A DNA stretch of 44,665 nucleotides from a virus (Duplodnaviria; Caudoviricetes): positions 1 to 44,665 of the IMG/VR virus record IMGVR_UViG_3300024254_000013; one strand, written 5' to 3'. Shown piece by piece: positions 1 to 8,857 of this stretch (its first letter is position 1; each line of letters begins with the position of its first letter). The notes under the pieces are model-generated. The model did not search any database and was not told where the DNA came from. It worked only from the letters and a program-made list of their open reading frames with translations. A program made the translations under genes and the position numbers.

Positions 1-18
1 ACGCGACCGACCCCAAAT

Positions 19-144
19 ACGCCAGATCCTGCAGAAGGGTATTGAGCGCAATCAGCTGCTCGGCATATTTGGGGTCGGTCGCGTACCCCTCGCCCTGCAA
101 TGCCGCTGCGAATTTAGCGAAATTCCCGGCCTTGGCGGCGGCCA
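19..144. repeat. Terminal direct repeat, copy 1 (126 bp circular-assembly overlap)
   Basis: 19-144 is identical to 44540-44665, and the endolysin reading frame continues across the join. Confidence 0.95.
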
Positions 145-721
145 ATGCCAGCGGGTATCGCCGCTGAATGCGCGCGGCCCAATCCTGCAGGCTGCCCATC
201 CAATCGTCGTAACGCCGGAACGGGCGCTCAATGATGAGGTCCGATCCCTTGCCTTGCGGCACCTTGGACACCACGTCATTCGGGCGCGACCAATAGTGGA
301 CCTGCTCCGGCGGGTGCGGCGAATATTCGCCCGTCTTCATGATGATCGCCGGGACTTCCGGGTGCTCGATCAGCCAGGCCTTCACGTGCTCCATCCCCAT
401 CGTGGCCGGAATGCCGGCCTTCGCCAACACGTCGTCGGCGGTGACCCCAAAGAGGTTGTTGGCGTTGCGCGTGAGCGCAGAGGTGCCGTGTGCGGATTCA
501 TGACAGGCCTGCACCATCGCAAAGCGCCAGGGTATTCCCGTCACGGCCTCGATCGCCAGAGCCGGCGTGCGGATGGTGTCGATGAAATTAGACGTTGCTG
601 GATCCACGTTTTCTGTCCTCCTCGTCGAGCTCTCGATCCGTTTGTGCCACTCCACAAGAACGGCACTGATAAAGACGACCGCACGGCTCATCCCATACAA
701 CAACCATTTCTCCACCGTCAT
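19..721 (-). CDS. Endolysin, GH73 glucosaminidase/FlgJ-like muramidase (stop codon at 44538-44540 across the circular junction)
   Basis: Manual translation (absent from the ORF track): QACHESAHGTS...NNLFGV...EGYATDPKYAEQL are the GH73 motifs. ATG at 721 overlaps the upstream stop; an in-frame GTG at 607 has a GAGGAGG RBS. Confidence 0.9.
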
Positions 722-1305
722 TGTGGTGTTTGCGGCTGGGAGCTCGGTTCATCGTGAACCTCGGGCACCACGACCGGCTTTGGCTTATGGTGCTTGGCCT
801 TCTTGGGCGTGGCCTTTTCTGTGGCGACGGGTTGCGGGTGAATATGTCGCCATACGGCCTTTGAGAAGTTCTCCACGTGATCCCAATTCATGATTAGCCA
901 GCCCGCCACCAACACGGAGCCCGATGCTGTCGCCCAGATGAAATGCCAAAAGTAACCCTCGCGTTTATCCTTGGTCTTGCGCTTGCCTTCGAGCTCCCGG
1001 ATCCGCTGCTCGTGGCCGTCGTTCCCGGCCATGTCGCCGTTCACGGTATTGTCCAGCGCTTTCAGCTCCCGCCCTAAATCGCCCTTGGACGCCTTGAGCT
1101 CGGCGCGCAGCAGATTGACCGTGTTTTCCAGAACGTGCATCCGCGCAATAAGCCCGTCGGTATCGAGATCGCTGTCGCCGCGGATCGTTTTATCAATGGC
1201 GACGTATTTTCTGAGCAGGTCATTGGTCAATCGCTCCGCAATGCGATGCTCCGCTTTCAGCGACTTTAATTCGGCTTCCAAATCCCCGAGTCGCTCGCTG
1301 TCCAA
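718..1305 (-). CDS. Coiled-coil protein with one C-terminal TM segment, next to the endolysin (possible lysis accessory/holin-like)
   Basis: Heptad-rich N-terminus, hydrophobic FWHFIWATASGSVLVAGWLIM, basic tail. Confidence 0.6.
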   Translation of the reverse strand: MDSERLGDLEAELKSLKAEHRIAERLTNDLLRKYVAIDKTIRGDSDLDTDGLIARMHVLENTVNLLRAELKASKGDLGRELKALDNTVNGDMAGNDGHEQRIRELEGKRKTKDKREGYFWHFIWATASGSVLVAGWLIMNWDHVENFSKAVWRHIHPQPVATEKATPKKAKHHKPKPVVVPEVHDEPSSQPQTPQ

Positions 1306-1321
1306 TCACGTCACCCCGCCT

Positions 1322-1681
1322 TTAATCCGTGTTGTCGGTATTCGGCAACACTTGGAAATATCCGACGTTCGTCAGGATCGGCACGCTGCCGAGCGTGGCC
1401 TTGCCCTGAATTTGAAAGAGCCCCAACTCGCTCAAATCGGTGTTGTAGACCGTGGTGTAAGCGATCTTGCCGTCGGTGCCGTCGGTTAAAAAAGCGGCCG
1501 TGAAATTCTCGGACGTCACCGTGTCCGGGTAGAGCAGGCAGACCAAAAGATTCGTCGCCCCGGAAATATCTAGCGGCACAGGCACGTTGCCATTGGCCGC
1601 CGTGGCGATGGGGTCGATGAATTCCACGATCAATTGGATCGCGGCGCCGTATTGAAAGGTCTGCATGGGCTGTGGGATCAT
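1322..1681 (-). CDS. BppU-like beta-sandwich virion protein
   Basis: PLDISGAT...DGTDGKIAY...DL...G.FQIQGK pattern typical of BppU N-terminal-like domains. Confidence 0.6.
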   Translation of the reverse strand: MIPQPMQTFQYGAAIQLIVEFIDPIATAANGNVPVPLDISGATNLLVCLLYPDTVTSENFTAAFLTDGTDGKIAYTTVYNTDLSELGLFQIQGKATLGSVPILTNVGYFQVLPNTDNTD

Positions 1682-1683
1682 CT

Positions 1684-1884
1684 TTAAACTCCTAGCTGAA
1701 ACGGTTTTTTAATCCGCGCGACCAATTGAAATGTCCAGCTGCGCATGGCGACCAGCTGCTGCGTAGACGCCTGCCAGGCCAGCAGCATAAAAACGGCCGG
1801 CCGGACGATCGGCAGATTCCTGAAAAACGGGCCCGGCCTTTTCCCGCCCAGCGCATACTTTTGAAGCGCGACAACCGCTGCCAT
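1684..1884 (-). CDS. Hypothetical protein
   Basis: Fills the gap and is coupled to both neighbours. Confidence 0.5.
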   Translation of the reverse strand: MAAVVALQKYALGGKRPGPFFRNLPIVRPAVFMLLAWQASTQQLVAMRSWTFQLVARIKKPFQLGV

Positions 1885-2492
1885 CAGAGCATCACAAACA
1901 CGTCGCCGGGACTCGGTGCGTTGGTCAGCGCCGTCACGGTGAGCACCCCGTTCGTCGGGTTATAGGCGGTGATATTGGTTTCCTGCCCGGCGCAGACGCC
2001 CGTCGCAAAGGCGATCACGCGGCCCACATACGCCTGCGAGTGCGCGTTGGTGAGATCCGTCGGGAATGAGGAGGTCGTGATCGTGCCCGAGGCCACCGTG
2101 ACTGCGGGGATAATGATGTCGGCAGCGGCCGCCATGTTGATGGGCGCGGTCCCGTCCCCGGCCAGCGTTTGCACGTTCGCGCCCTGGCTCTGCATGAGCG
2201 TCAGAAACGAATCGCCGCCCGGCAATGCCGGCAGCGTGGGCGTGGCGCCGTTCTGCTGAAAAACAAACTCGGTCGATAGCGTGCCGACCGCAATGCCCGC
2301 CGGATAGGCGACCTTGTAAATGCCGCTGCTCACGTACTCGACCAGCGGGATCGCGTAATGCGTCCAATTGGCCTGGTTGTAATTTTCCCAGGCGGCAGAA
2401 TCCTTGTTCCAGAATTGGCCTGTCGGAGGGTTCCAGACCACGACGTAAACGGTGCGGCCAGACAGGTATTGCGTGACGATAGGAACGCTCAT
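1884..2492 (-). CDS. Hypothetical virion/tail-associated protein
   Basis: 202 aa, beta-rich, ATGA-coupled within the late operon. Confidence 0.7.
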   Translation of the reverse strand: MSVPIVTQYLSGRTVYVVVWNPPTGQFWNKDSAAWENYNQANWTHYAIPLVEYVSSGIYKVAYPAGIAVGTLSTEFVFQQNGATPTLPALPGGDSFLTLMQSQGANVQTLAGDGTAPINMAAAADIIIPAVTVASGTITTSSFPTDLTNAHSQAYVGRVIAFATGVCAGQETNITAYNPTNGVLTVTALTNAPSPGDVFVML

Positions 2493-3136
2493 CGAATCCT
2501 CCTGGCTGTAAGTCGCCCCGAAACGGTCGGCGGACCCCCTGTGTAATTTCCGGCCGCTTTTAATCGATACGTCGTGGTTGTTCGGAGCTCGAATCTGTAA
2601 CTAGGAATTGAGTAGGTGAAGGCCAGCGTGCCATTGGCCTGCCCTACCGTGACGAGAACGGTCTGCAGCGTCGTATTGACATCGGTGCCATCATCGCCAG
2701 CCAGTGTGCTTAGAAAAATAAAGGCGTTTCCTGTGGATGTGCCGCCGTTCAAACTGAAAACACCGAACGCCGTCACATCCCAATCGCCTGGCGTGAGCGA
2801 GATGGTCGTGATGTCCCCATAGTGCCCGCTCGTCGTTAAACTGGTCGCGCCGACCACCGACGAGACGAATTCCCCGACATTTCCCGCGAGCGCATTGTCA
2901 GGGACGGATGACCCGACGATGCCATACAGCGACGTGCTCGAGAAGGCGATATTTCCAGCCCAGGTGACTGACGATCCATTAACGCCCGAGGTCGTCGCGC
3001 CGTTGCTCCAGGTGACGGTCGTGACCGTAATGTTGAGCGCGCTCGCAGCTGGATTGACGATCTGGCTCGCATGGGCCTTTAGGGTAAATAAAGGGATGAA
3101 AAGGTATAGAAGGGTGCGGATGGGTTTAGTGGTCAT
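2489..3136 (-). CDS. Fibre-tip-like beta protein with predicted signal peptide
   Basis: N-terminus MTTKPIRTLLYLFIPLFTLKAHA-SQ; GNVGEFVSS...ISLTPGDWDV...LTARRIR resembles phage fibre C-terminal domains. Confidence 0.75.
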   Translation of the reverse strand: MTTKPIRTLLYLFIPLFTLKAHASQIVNPAASALNITVTTVTWSNGATTSGVNGSSVTWAGNIAFSSTSLYGIVGSSVPDNALAGNVGEFVSSVVGATSLTTSGHYGDITTISLTPGDWDVTAFGVFSLNGGTSTGNAFIFLSTLAGDDGTDVNTTLQTVLVTVGQANGTLAFTYSIPSYRFELRTTTTYRLKAAGNYTGGPPTVSGRLTARRIR

Positions 3137-5175
3137 GATTGGGTGTAAGAGATCGACCCGCTGATCTGGGCGGTCCCGCTCTGGTTGATGATGAAGGCGT
3201 TACTGGCCGACGTGACGAACCAGGGCTCGCCGGAGAAGTCCAGAATGAAAGCGCCGCCGGCATTGAAGGTCATGGCCCCGGTGAGGTTTGTGGATCCACC
3301 GCTTTTAAACGTGATGTTGGTGGCCGCGCTCACCACAATGAACATGCGGAAGACGCGCACGGTCTGCGCGCTCTGGGTCGACACGATGACGTTGTCGCCG
3401 GTGGTGCTCGAGCTGATAGCGATGGTCGTCAGCGCGCCCACCGTCGGCGTCTGATAAACGATCTTGCCGATGTTGGCCGTGCCTGCGCCAAGCACGACGG
3501 TGTTTGAGCTGCCGTCAATATCGACCGAGGCACGCAGGTTGGCGTTGGTGCCTTGGGTCGCCGTAACCGTGCCCGCAATAGGATACGTCCCGGTCCCCGG
3601 CGACACGCTCCACGCGCCGCTTTGCGTCGCGGTGACCGTATTGGAGCTGCCATCGATCATCACGCTGCCGCGCAGATTGCTATTTGTGCCCTGGGTCACC
3701 GTGCTTGTCCAGGCGCCGCTCTGCGTGGCGGCCACCGTTCCGGTGACCGGATAGGTGCCCGTGCCCGGCGATACGCTCCAGATCCCGCTCTGTGTGGCCG
3801 CCACCGTGCCTGATACCGTGGCGGTCGTGGGATTGGTGACGTAGACAGGCTGCGTGGTTTGCCAGAAGGTTCCGGTGACAGCGACCGACCCGCCCACGTT
3901 TACAGTGGACCCGGTAACACTAAACGATGAATTTGAAACGGTGATGGTCCCGCTGGTCACGCTGACCGCCTGCGAGGAGGGCCAGAAGGTTCCCGTTACC
4001 GCCACCGATCCCCCGACATTGACGGTCGATCCCGTAACAGAAAACGAACTATTGGAAACGGCGACGGTCCCGCTGACGGGTTGCGTGGCCTGCCAGAAGG
4101 TCCCGCTGACCGGAACGGTCCCGTTGATGTTGGCATTAACCGTCGATCCGCTCACGGAAAATGAGCTGTTCGCCACAGTCACGGTCCCCGAGACGGGCTG
4201 CGTGGCCGGGAAGTTTGAGACCTGCACCGTATTGGACGACCCAGCGATCGATACGGAGGCGCGCAGGGCCGTCGGCTGGGCCTGGATCACCGTGGCGGGC
4301 GTGGCAATCGTCACGTTCGGCGTTCCGTTGATGGAGACGCCGCTGGGAATAGAAACTGAGGATCCTGTGACCGTCCCGATGTTGTTACCGCCGACCGGGA
4401 TCGCCCCGGAGATCGTGACGGCGGGCGTGTTGGTGATGTGGACGTTTGGCGTATTGATCACGTTGACGCTGCTGATGCCCACGATAGAGAAGCTGCTGTT
4501 GGTAATCGTGACGGTCGAAACGTTCAAGGTCACGGACGGCATGGCGCTCACAATCACCGTCGAGACGTTCACCTGCCGGGTGTTCACGGTGCCGGGGATG
4601 GTGATCGAGGATCCGGTCACCGTGCCGATGTTGTTGGTGCCCGCCGGCACGGCCGCGCTCAAGGTCACGCTGGGCGTGTTCGTGACGGCGAATCCGGTGT
4701 TTGTAATGGTGACCGTGGACCCGGTCACGTTGGCGCTCGAGACATGAACGGTCGGCGATCCGGTGATGGCGACGTTGACCGTGCCCGCCACCGACACAGG
4801 GACCGTGCCGGCGATATTGACCGTTGATCCGGTCACGCTGAACGAGGAGTTGTTCACCGTAACATTGGCGATCGAGATCGTGGAGCTCGCCGTGGTGTAG
4901 AGGGGGTTGCTCTGGGTTCCGATTTCAGTGCCTGTGTTGTCCCGCAGGTTCACGTGCTGCGCGCGATACTTCGTCATGCGGAAGGCCGCCGTGGTGGTGG
5001 ACGCCACGGGCGGCAGCGTGTCGGAATAAACCCCGCCGTCGGTGCCCATCACGGAGGAGCCAGCCACAAACGTCGTGCTGTCGACCGTGATGGGTCCTGA
5101 CGCCGCAGAAGGACCTGCCCAGCTAAGGCTGGGCAGGGAAAGCGCGGCCGCAATGACGAGGCGTCGTAATTTCAT
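3133..5175 (-). CDS. Large T/S/V/G-rich repeat fibre protein with predicted signal peptide
   Basis: GGAG RBS before MKLRRLVIAAALSLPSLSWA-GP; repeats NSSFSVTGSTVN, QPVSGTV, ATQSGAW; C-terminal jelly-roll-like domain. Confidence 0.85.
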   Translation of the reverse strand: MKLRRLVIAAALSLPSLSWAGPSAASGPITVDSTTFVAGSSVMGTDGGVYSDTLPPVASTTTAAFRMTKYRAQHVNLRDNTGTEIGTQSNPLYTTASSTISIANVTVNNSSFSVTGSTVNIAGTVPVSVAGTVNVAITGSPTVHVSSANVTGSTVTITNTGFAVTNTPSVTLSAAVPAGTNNIGTVTGSSITIPGTVNTRQVNVSTVIVSAMPSVTLNVSTVTITNSSFSIVGISSVNVINTPNVHITNTPAVTISGAIPVGGNNIGTVTGSSVSIPSGVSINGTPNVTIATPATVIQAQPTALRASVSIAGSSNTVQVSNFPATQPVSGTVTVANSSFSVSGSTVNANINGTVPVSGTFWQATQPVSGTVAVSNSSFSVTGSTVNVGGSVAVTGTFWPSSQAVSVTSGTITVSNSSFSVTGSTVNVGGSVAVTGTFWQTTQPVYVTNPTTATVSGTVAATQSGIWSVSPGTGTYPVTGTVAATQSGAWTSTVTQGTNSNLRGSVMIDGSSNTVTATQSGAWSVSPGTGTYPIAGTVTATQGTNANLRASVDIDGSSNTVVLGAGTANIGKIVYQTPTVGALTTIAISSSTTGDNVIVSTQSAQTVRVFRMFIVVSAATNITFKSGGSTNLTGAMTFNAGGAFILDFSGEPWFVTSASNAFIINQSGTAQISGSISYTQS

Positions 5176-5186
5176 GGTGGTCTCCG

Positions 5187-6833
5187 TTACGGGTTGCTCC
5201 CGTTGATCTTGACCGCAAGAGAAATACCGCCCGTTGTGGGTCCTGTCACGATGGCCTCTAGGCATTGATAATTAACCGGCCCAAGATCCCATGTGGTGGA
5301 GCCTGCCGTATACGGCGTGGCGAAGGTCAGGCTCGATACGGAGATGCCCAGCGACGTGGTCGTGAAATTAACGTAATTCACGCAGTCGTTGGATACTGCC
5401 CATTGAAGGCCCAGCGATCCTGTCAGCGACAGCGGGCTGAGCGTGATCGTATGCGGTCCCGTCACCGACGAGGAGGTCAGGACAAAATACTGCCCTGCCA
5501 GCGCGCGCGCGGACGTGGTCGCGAGCTCGATATCGTTCGCGTCGACCGAGATGCCGTAATACGTCGTGCCCGTCACCAGCGGCGCCGGCAACGTGGCTCC
5601 GCTCAAGAGCAGCGGCTGGCCCGTCGCGTACCCGTGCGTGGGAATAAAGATGTTCGGGCTATTGATCGTGATAGCGGAATTGGCCCCGCCCACATACGTC
5701 GGATGCGATACGGCGAGCGCCGATGGCGTGGAGCTGACCAGGGTGTAATTGGACAGCGTGCCCACGGCGGTCGATGTCGTAAAGACCACGTTCGCCGTGT
5801 TCGTCGCAACCACGATGGAGCTCAAGGACGTATTGATCGCCGCGGCAATTGCGGCCGCTGTCAGCGTGGTGGTTGCCCCGGTCGAGACGTTGACGGCTGT
5901 CCCGTTGATCGTGATCGTCGCGCGATCGGCGCCGCCCGTAAAGGTCGGTGTGGCCACGGTCATGGCCGATGGCGTCGAGGACACAATCGTGAAGGAATTC
6001 GCCGCCGTTCCGGCCACGGTGGCGGTGGCATAAACCACGCTGCCTGCGGCGCTGGCCCGGATCCCGGAGAGGTTGTTTAAGAGCGCCGCAATCGAGATGG
6101 CGGTGCCTGTCGAGGTCGTAATCCCCGTGTTTGGAATATTCCAATAGTAACCGTTCTTATAGACCGTGCCATTAACCGTCAGGTATTGGTTCTGGAAGGC
6201 GTCATCTTTGCCGCCAGAGAAGGTTGCCGCGCCGCGCACTAGGGCCGTCGGCGTAGAGGCGCTGAGCGTGTAAGCGTTCCCAGCGGTCCCCTTGGTTCTG
6301 ACCGTAAAGGTCACGGTGCTGGTGTTTCCGGTCGTCGCCAGGATCTGGTTGACATAGGTGTTGGCCTGTGCGGCGATATCGGTGGCGGTGTGGCTTGCCA
6401 AATCCACGCGCCAGCCGTTATTGGTAATCGTAGTCCCGGCGACACTGATGGTTGCGGCCGTCAGGTCGTTGGTGGAATTGACCACCAGCGTATTGGTCGC
6501 CGCGGCGGACTGGATGGCGGCGTTATTGGCAATCGTGATCTGGTCCGTCGCGCTCGCGGCCACAAGACCCGAATTGGACGCGACCGTAATGGTCGCCGTC
6601 GAGACGCGCCCGTCGTTAAAGGTATCCGTCGGCGCCGTCACCGACGAATAAACGGCCTGCGCCGTAATGCGCGCGATGCCGGAGGCGTTCGGCGTGGTGT
6701 TGAGGTTCAGCACAAAGTTCTGCGAGGCCGTGACCGTCTGGTTGATCAGGTAGGCGTTATACACCCAGATCGCGGAAGCGGTCGCTGCTCCGACCATGCC
6801 AAGGACTGCCAAGGCTTTAAGAATGTTTTTCAT
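5187..6833 (-). CDS. Multi-domain A/T/S-rich structural protein with predicted signal peptide
   Basis: AAAGGAG RBS before MKNILKALAVLGMVGAATASA-IW; three internal repeats ending in TF.GG; HGY.TG...L..GTTYY module. Confidence 0.85.
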   Translation of the reverse strand: MKNILKALAVLGMVGAATASAIWVYNAYLINQTVTASQNFVLNLNTTPNASGIARITAQAVYSSVTAPTDTFNDGRVSTATITVASNSGLVAASATDQITIANNAAIQSAAATNTLVVNSTNDLTAATISVAGTTITNNGWRVDLASHTATDIAAQANTYVNQILATTGNTSTVTFTVRTKGTAGNAYTLSASTPTALVRGAATFSGGKDDAFQNQYLTVNGTVYKNGYYWNIPNTGITTSTGTAISIAALLNNLSGIRASAAGSVVYATATVAGTAANSFTIVSSTPSAMTVATPTFTGGADRATITINGTAVNVSTGATTTLTAAAIAAAINTSLSSIVVATNTANVVFTTSTAVGTLSNYTLVSSTPSALAVSHPTYVGGANSAITINSPNIFIPTHGYATGQPLLLSGATLPAPLVTGTTYYGISVDANDIELATTSARALAGQYFVLTSSSVTGPHTITLSPLSLTGSLGLQWAVSNDCVNYVNFTTTSLGISVSSLTFATPYTAGSTTWDLGPVNYQCLEAIVTGPTTGGISLAVKINGSNP

Positions 6834-6863
6834 CGGTGAATCTCCTTTAGTTTTCATGGTCGC

Positions 6864-8087
6864 TCAGAAGATAGAAAGACGCGTGAGATAGAATCCCCGC
6901 ACGCTGATGCTGGTCGAGAAACTCGAGAGGCCCGAGCTATTAATGCTGTTGCTCCATTTGAACGTAATCGGGCCGGCCTCGTTGATGATGTTCGTTCTAC
7001 AGGGCACCATGAGGTTGATCGAATTGCCGTTTTGTTCAGGGCTCGCGATCAATTCAGCGATCTGCGGCGGGTTCAGCCCGCTGCCGCCTGTATCAAATCC
7101 AAGGTACATCAGAATAAAGTCGGCCCCTGTCGCTGCCGCATAGGTGGCCCGCACGGACATGATGAGCTCCACAGCCCAGGCATAATTCGGCGGAACGACC
7201 GAGCTCACGTCGCCCACCTGCACAGTGTCATGGTGCGTCGTGTCGCTGACCACGATCTGGTTCTCGGCGAATTGCACGTATTGCCCGACCTGCAAGGTCT
7301 GCACAATATGCGATGAGACGTCCGTCAGGATCGCGCCAACGAGCAGCTTATAGGTGTATCCCGCCGGCATCGTCGGGGCTGTGGGGCTGAGCGAATAAAG
7401 GCCTTTGACGAGTGTGCCGTTGGAAATGAGGAATACGTAATAAAAGGTCGAGGCGGCCACCGACCCGGTGTCTAAGCCATCGACGCCGTTCGTCGCAATG
7501 TTCATCAGCTCGAGCCCGTTCGTGGACTTTCTAAATTTACCGCCCGTCGAATCCTCGAGCACGCACTGGTCATAAAGGAGATGCTGCGTCGTGTTGCTGA
7601 TCCATCCGATTTCGATTTTTTGCGCGTAGGGAATGATCGGGAGGTTGCCCAGCTGCGCGATGTTGCCGCCATATTGCCAATTGCCGTCGGATGCCGGAAC
7701 CGTCGGCAGCGCATTGCCGAGGTTAGCGTCAATGAGCGAGACGTAAATTTCCACGCCGACGTAGCTGCCCGTGTATGGGACCTTCACCACCGACCCGACG
7801 TTGTACGTGGTGCCGGCATCGTATTCAGGGATGCCCTCTTGAAAGAGATATCCCTCGAGGTAGGAGTGCACGTACATCACGCCGTTCATGTCCTGCAGGA
7901 CAGGAGCCTTTGACGCCACGAGCGCCGCGCGCCAGCCCGTGTTCCAGGCGGCCAGCGATTGGATGGTCGGAATGTCCTTGGTGTAGACGGTGGCGGCGAT
8001 GGCCGTTGATCCGAATTCCTCGAAATCGTCCGTCGTGCCTCCCAGACCAAAAACTTTAAGCGTTTTCCGTAATAAGCTCTGTGCCAT
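6864..8087 (-). CDS. Tail fibre protein
   Basis: Directly follows the DUF2612-like gene; QDMNG...FQEGIPEYDAGTTY N-terminus and GLDTGSVAASTFYYVFLI...PTMPAGYTY module typical of phage fibres. Confidence 0.8.
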   Translation of the reverse strand: MAQSLLRKTLKVFGLGGTTDDFEEFGSTAIAATVYTKDIPTIQSLAAWNTGWRAALVASKAPVLQDMNGVMYVHSYLEGYLFQEGIPEYDAGTTYNVGSVVKVPYTGSYVGVEIYVSLIDANLGNALPTVPASDGNWQYGGNIAQLGNLPIIPYAQKIEIGWISNTTQHLLYDQCVLEDSTGGKFRKSTNGLELMNIATNGVDGLDTGSVAASTFYYVFLISNGTLVKGLYSLSPTAPTMPAGYTYKLLVGAILTDVSSHIVQTLQVGQYVQFAENQIVVSDTTHHDTVQVGDVSSVVPPNYAWAVELIMSVRATYAAATGADFILMYLGFDTGGSGLNPPQIAELIASPEQNGNSINLMVPCRTNIINEAGPITFKWSNSINSSGLSSFSTSISVRGFYLTRLSIF

Positions 8088-8098
8088 TGTGTCCTCCC

Positions 8099-8857
8099 TT
8101 AAGGTGCGCTAATAAATGTCCCGGTGGTCAGCGTGAGCAGCGCATCGCTGAACCCGGAGAATGTCGGATCGTAATCTTGCTCTGCGTCCTGGAGACCAAA
8201 AAAGTCCGTCAGTAAATCGGCGCGGAACGCCTGCATTTGCACGCCCGCCGGGCGCGGCAGGCTTTGCGTCTGCAGCGCAATGCTAAAGAGCGTGTCCATA
8301 TCGCTGTTTAAATCGACGTAGTACATGGTCATGTTGCCGTTATCAATCATCGTCACGTTCGTGCCAAAGAATTTAAAAATGATGTCGTCGATTGACTCAA
8401 TGCTCATGTCGCATTGATGCAGTTGCGCGCGCAGCTGGGTCAGGCGGTAGAGCTCGTTATCCGACATCGAGTAAATGGGTTGCGCGGTGTCCTGCGCCGT
8501 CAAGAATAGCCAGGTCGTCAGGAGCGGATCGTCGGGCGCGTCCATAAAGCCGTTAGCGATATAGGCCGACCCGCCGGCGTCGAACATCTCAAAATAGTCC
8601 TGCGGTGTCAGGCCAAAGAGCGTGCGCTGTGCGCCGCGGTATGCCGCGATGGCGTCCAGCTGAACGCCAACGGCCCCGTCAATGGGTTGTCCGACCGGGT
8701 CCACGGTAAACAGAAATCCGTTTCCGATCTGGGCGATGATCTGGCCCTGGATCAGCGTGCCGATCAGTGCGGCGATCGTCGCCACAGCATTCGGCTGCGT
8801 GGCGTACTGAATGATCAGCAGGCCAACGTAGTAATCGATGAGTTCTTGATCGGTCAT
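8099..8857 (-). CDS. Baseplate wedge protein (DUF2612-like)
   Basis: LLIIQY, AVGVQLDAI and LPRPAGV motifs; position after baseplate J. Confidence 0.85.
   Translation of the reverse strand: MTDQELIDYYVGLLIIQYATQPNAVATIAALIGTLIQGQIIAQIGNGFLFTVDPVGQPIDGAVGVQLDAIAAYRGAQRTLFGLTPQDYFEMFDAGGSAYIANGFMDAPDDPLLTTWLFLTAQDTAQPIYSMSDNELYRLTQLRAQLHQCDMSIESIDDIIFKFFGTNVTMIDNGNMTMYYVDLNSDMDTLFSIALQTQSLPRPAGVQMQAFRADLLTDFFGLQDAEQDYDPTFSGFSDALLTLTTGTFISAP

Noticed and set aside
1-19. First 19 nt are the exact reverse complement of 66-84 (possible hairpin telomere or inverted terminal repeat)
   Set aside because: The other repeat copy (44540 onward) is preceded by normal coding sequence, there is no protelomerase, and the lysin frame is intact in the circular form. 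It is most likely a fold-back read or assembly artefact.
19-144. 126-bp repeat as a biological terminal repeat
   Set aside because: It lies inside the endolysin gene and its length is close to a common assembler k-mer, so it is an assembly overlap of a circular or permuted genome
3133-8087. Diversity-generating retroelement or shufflon acting on the fibre genes
   Set aside because: No reverse transcriptase, no TR/VR pair with adenine-specific mismatches and no inverted fibre cassettes were seen
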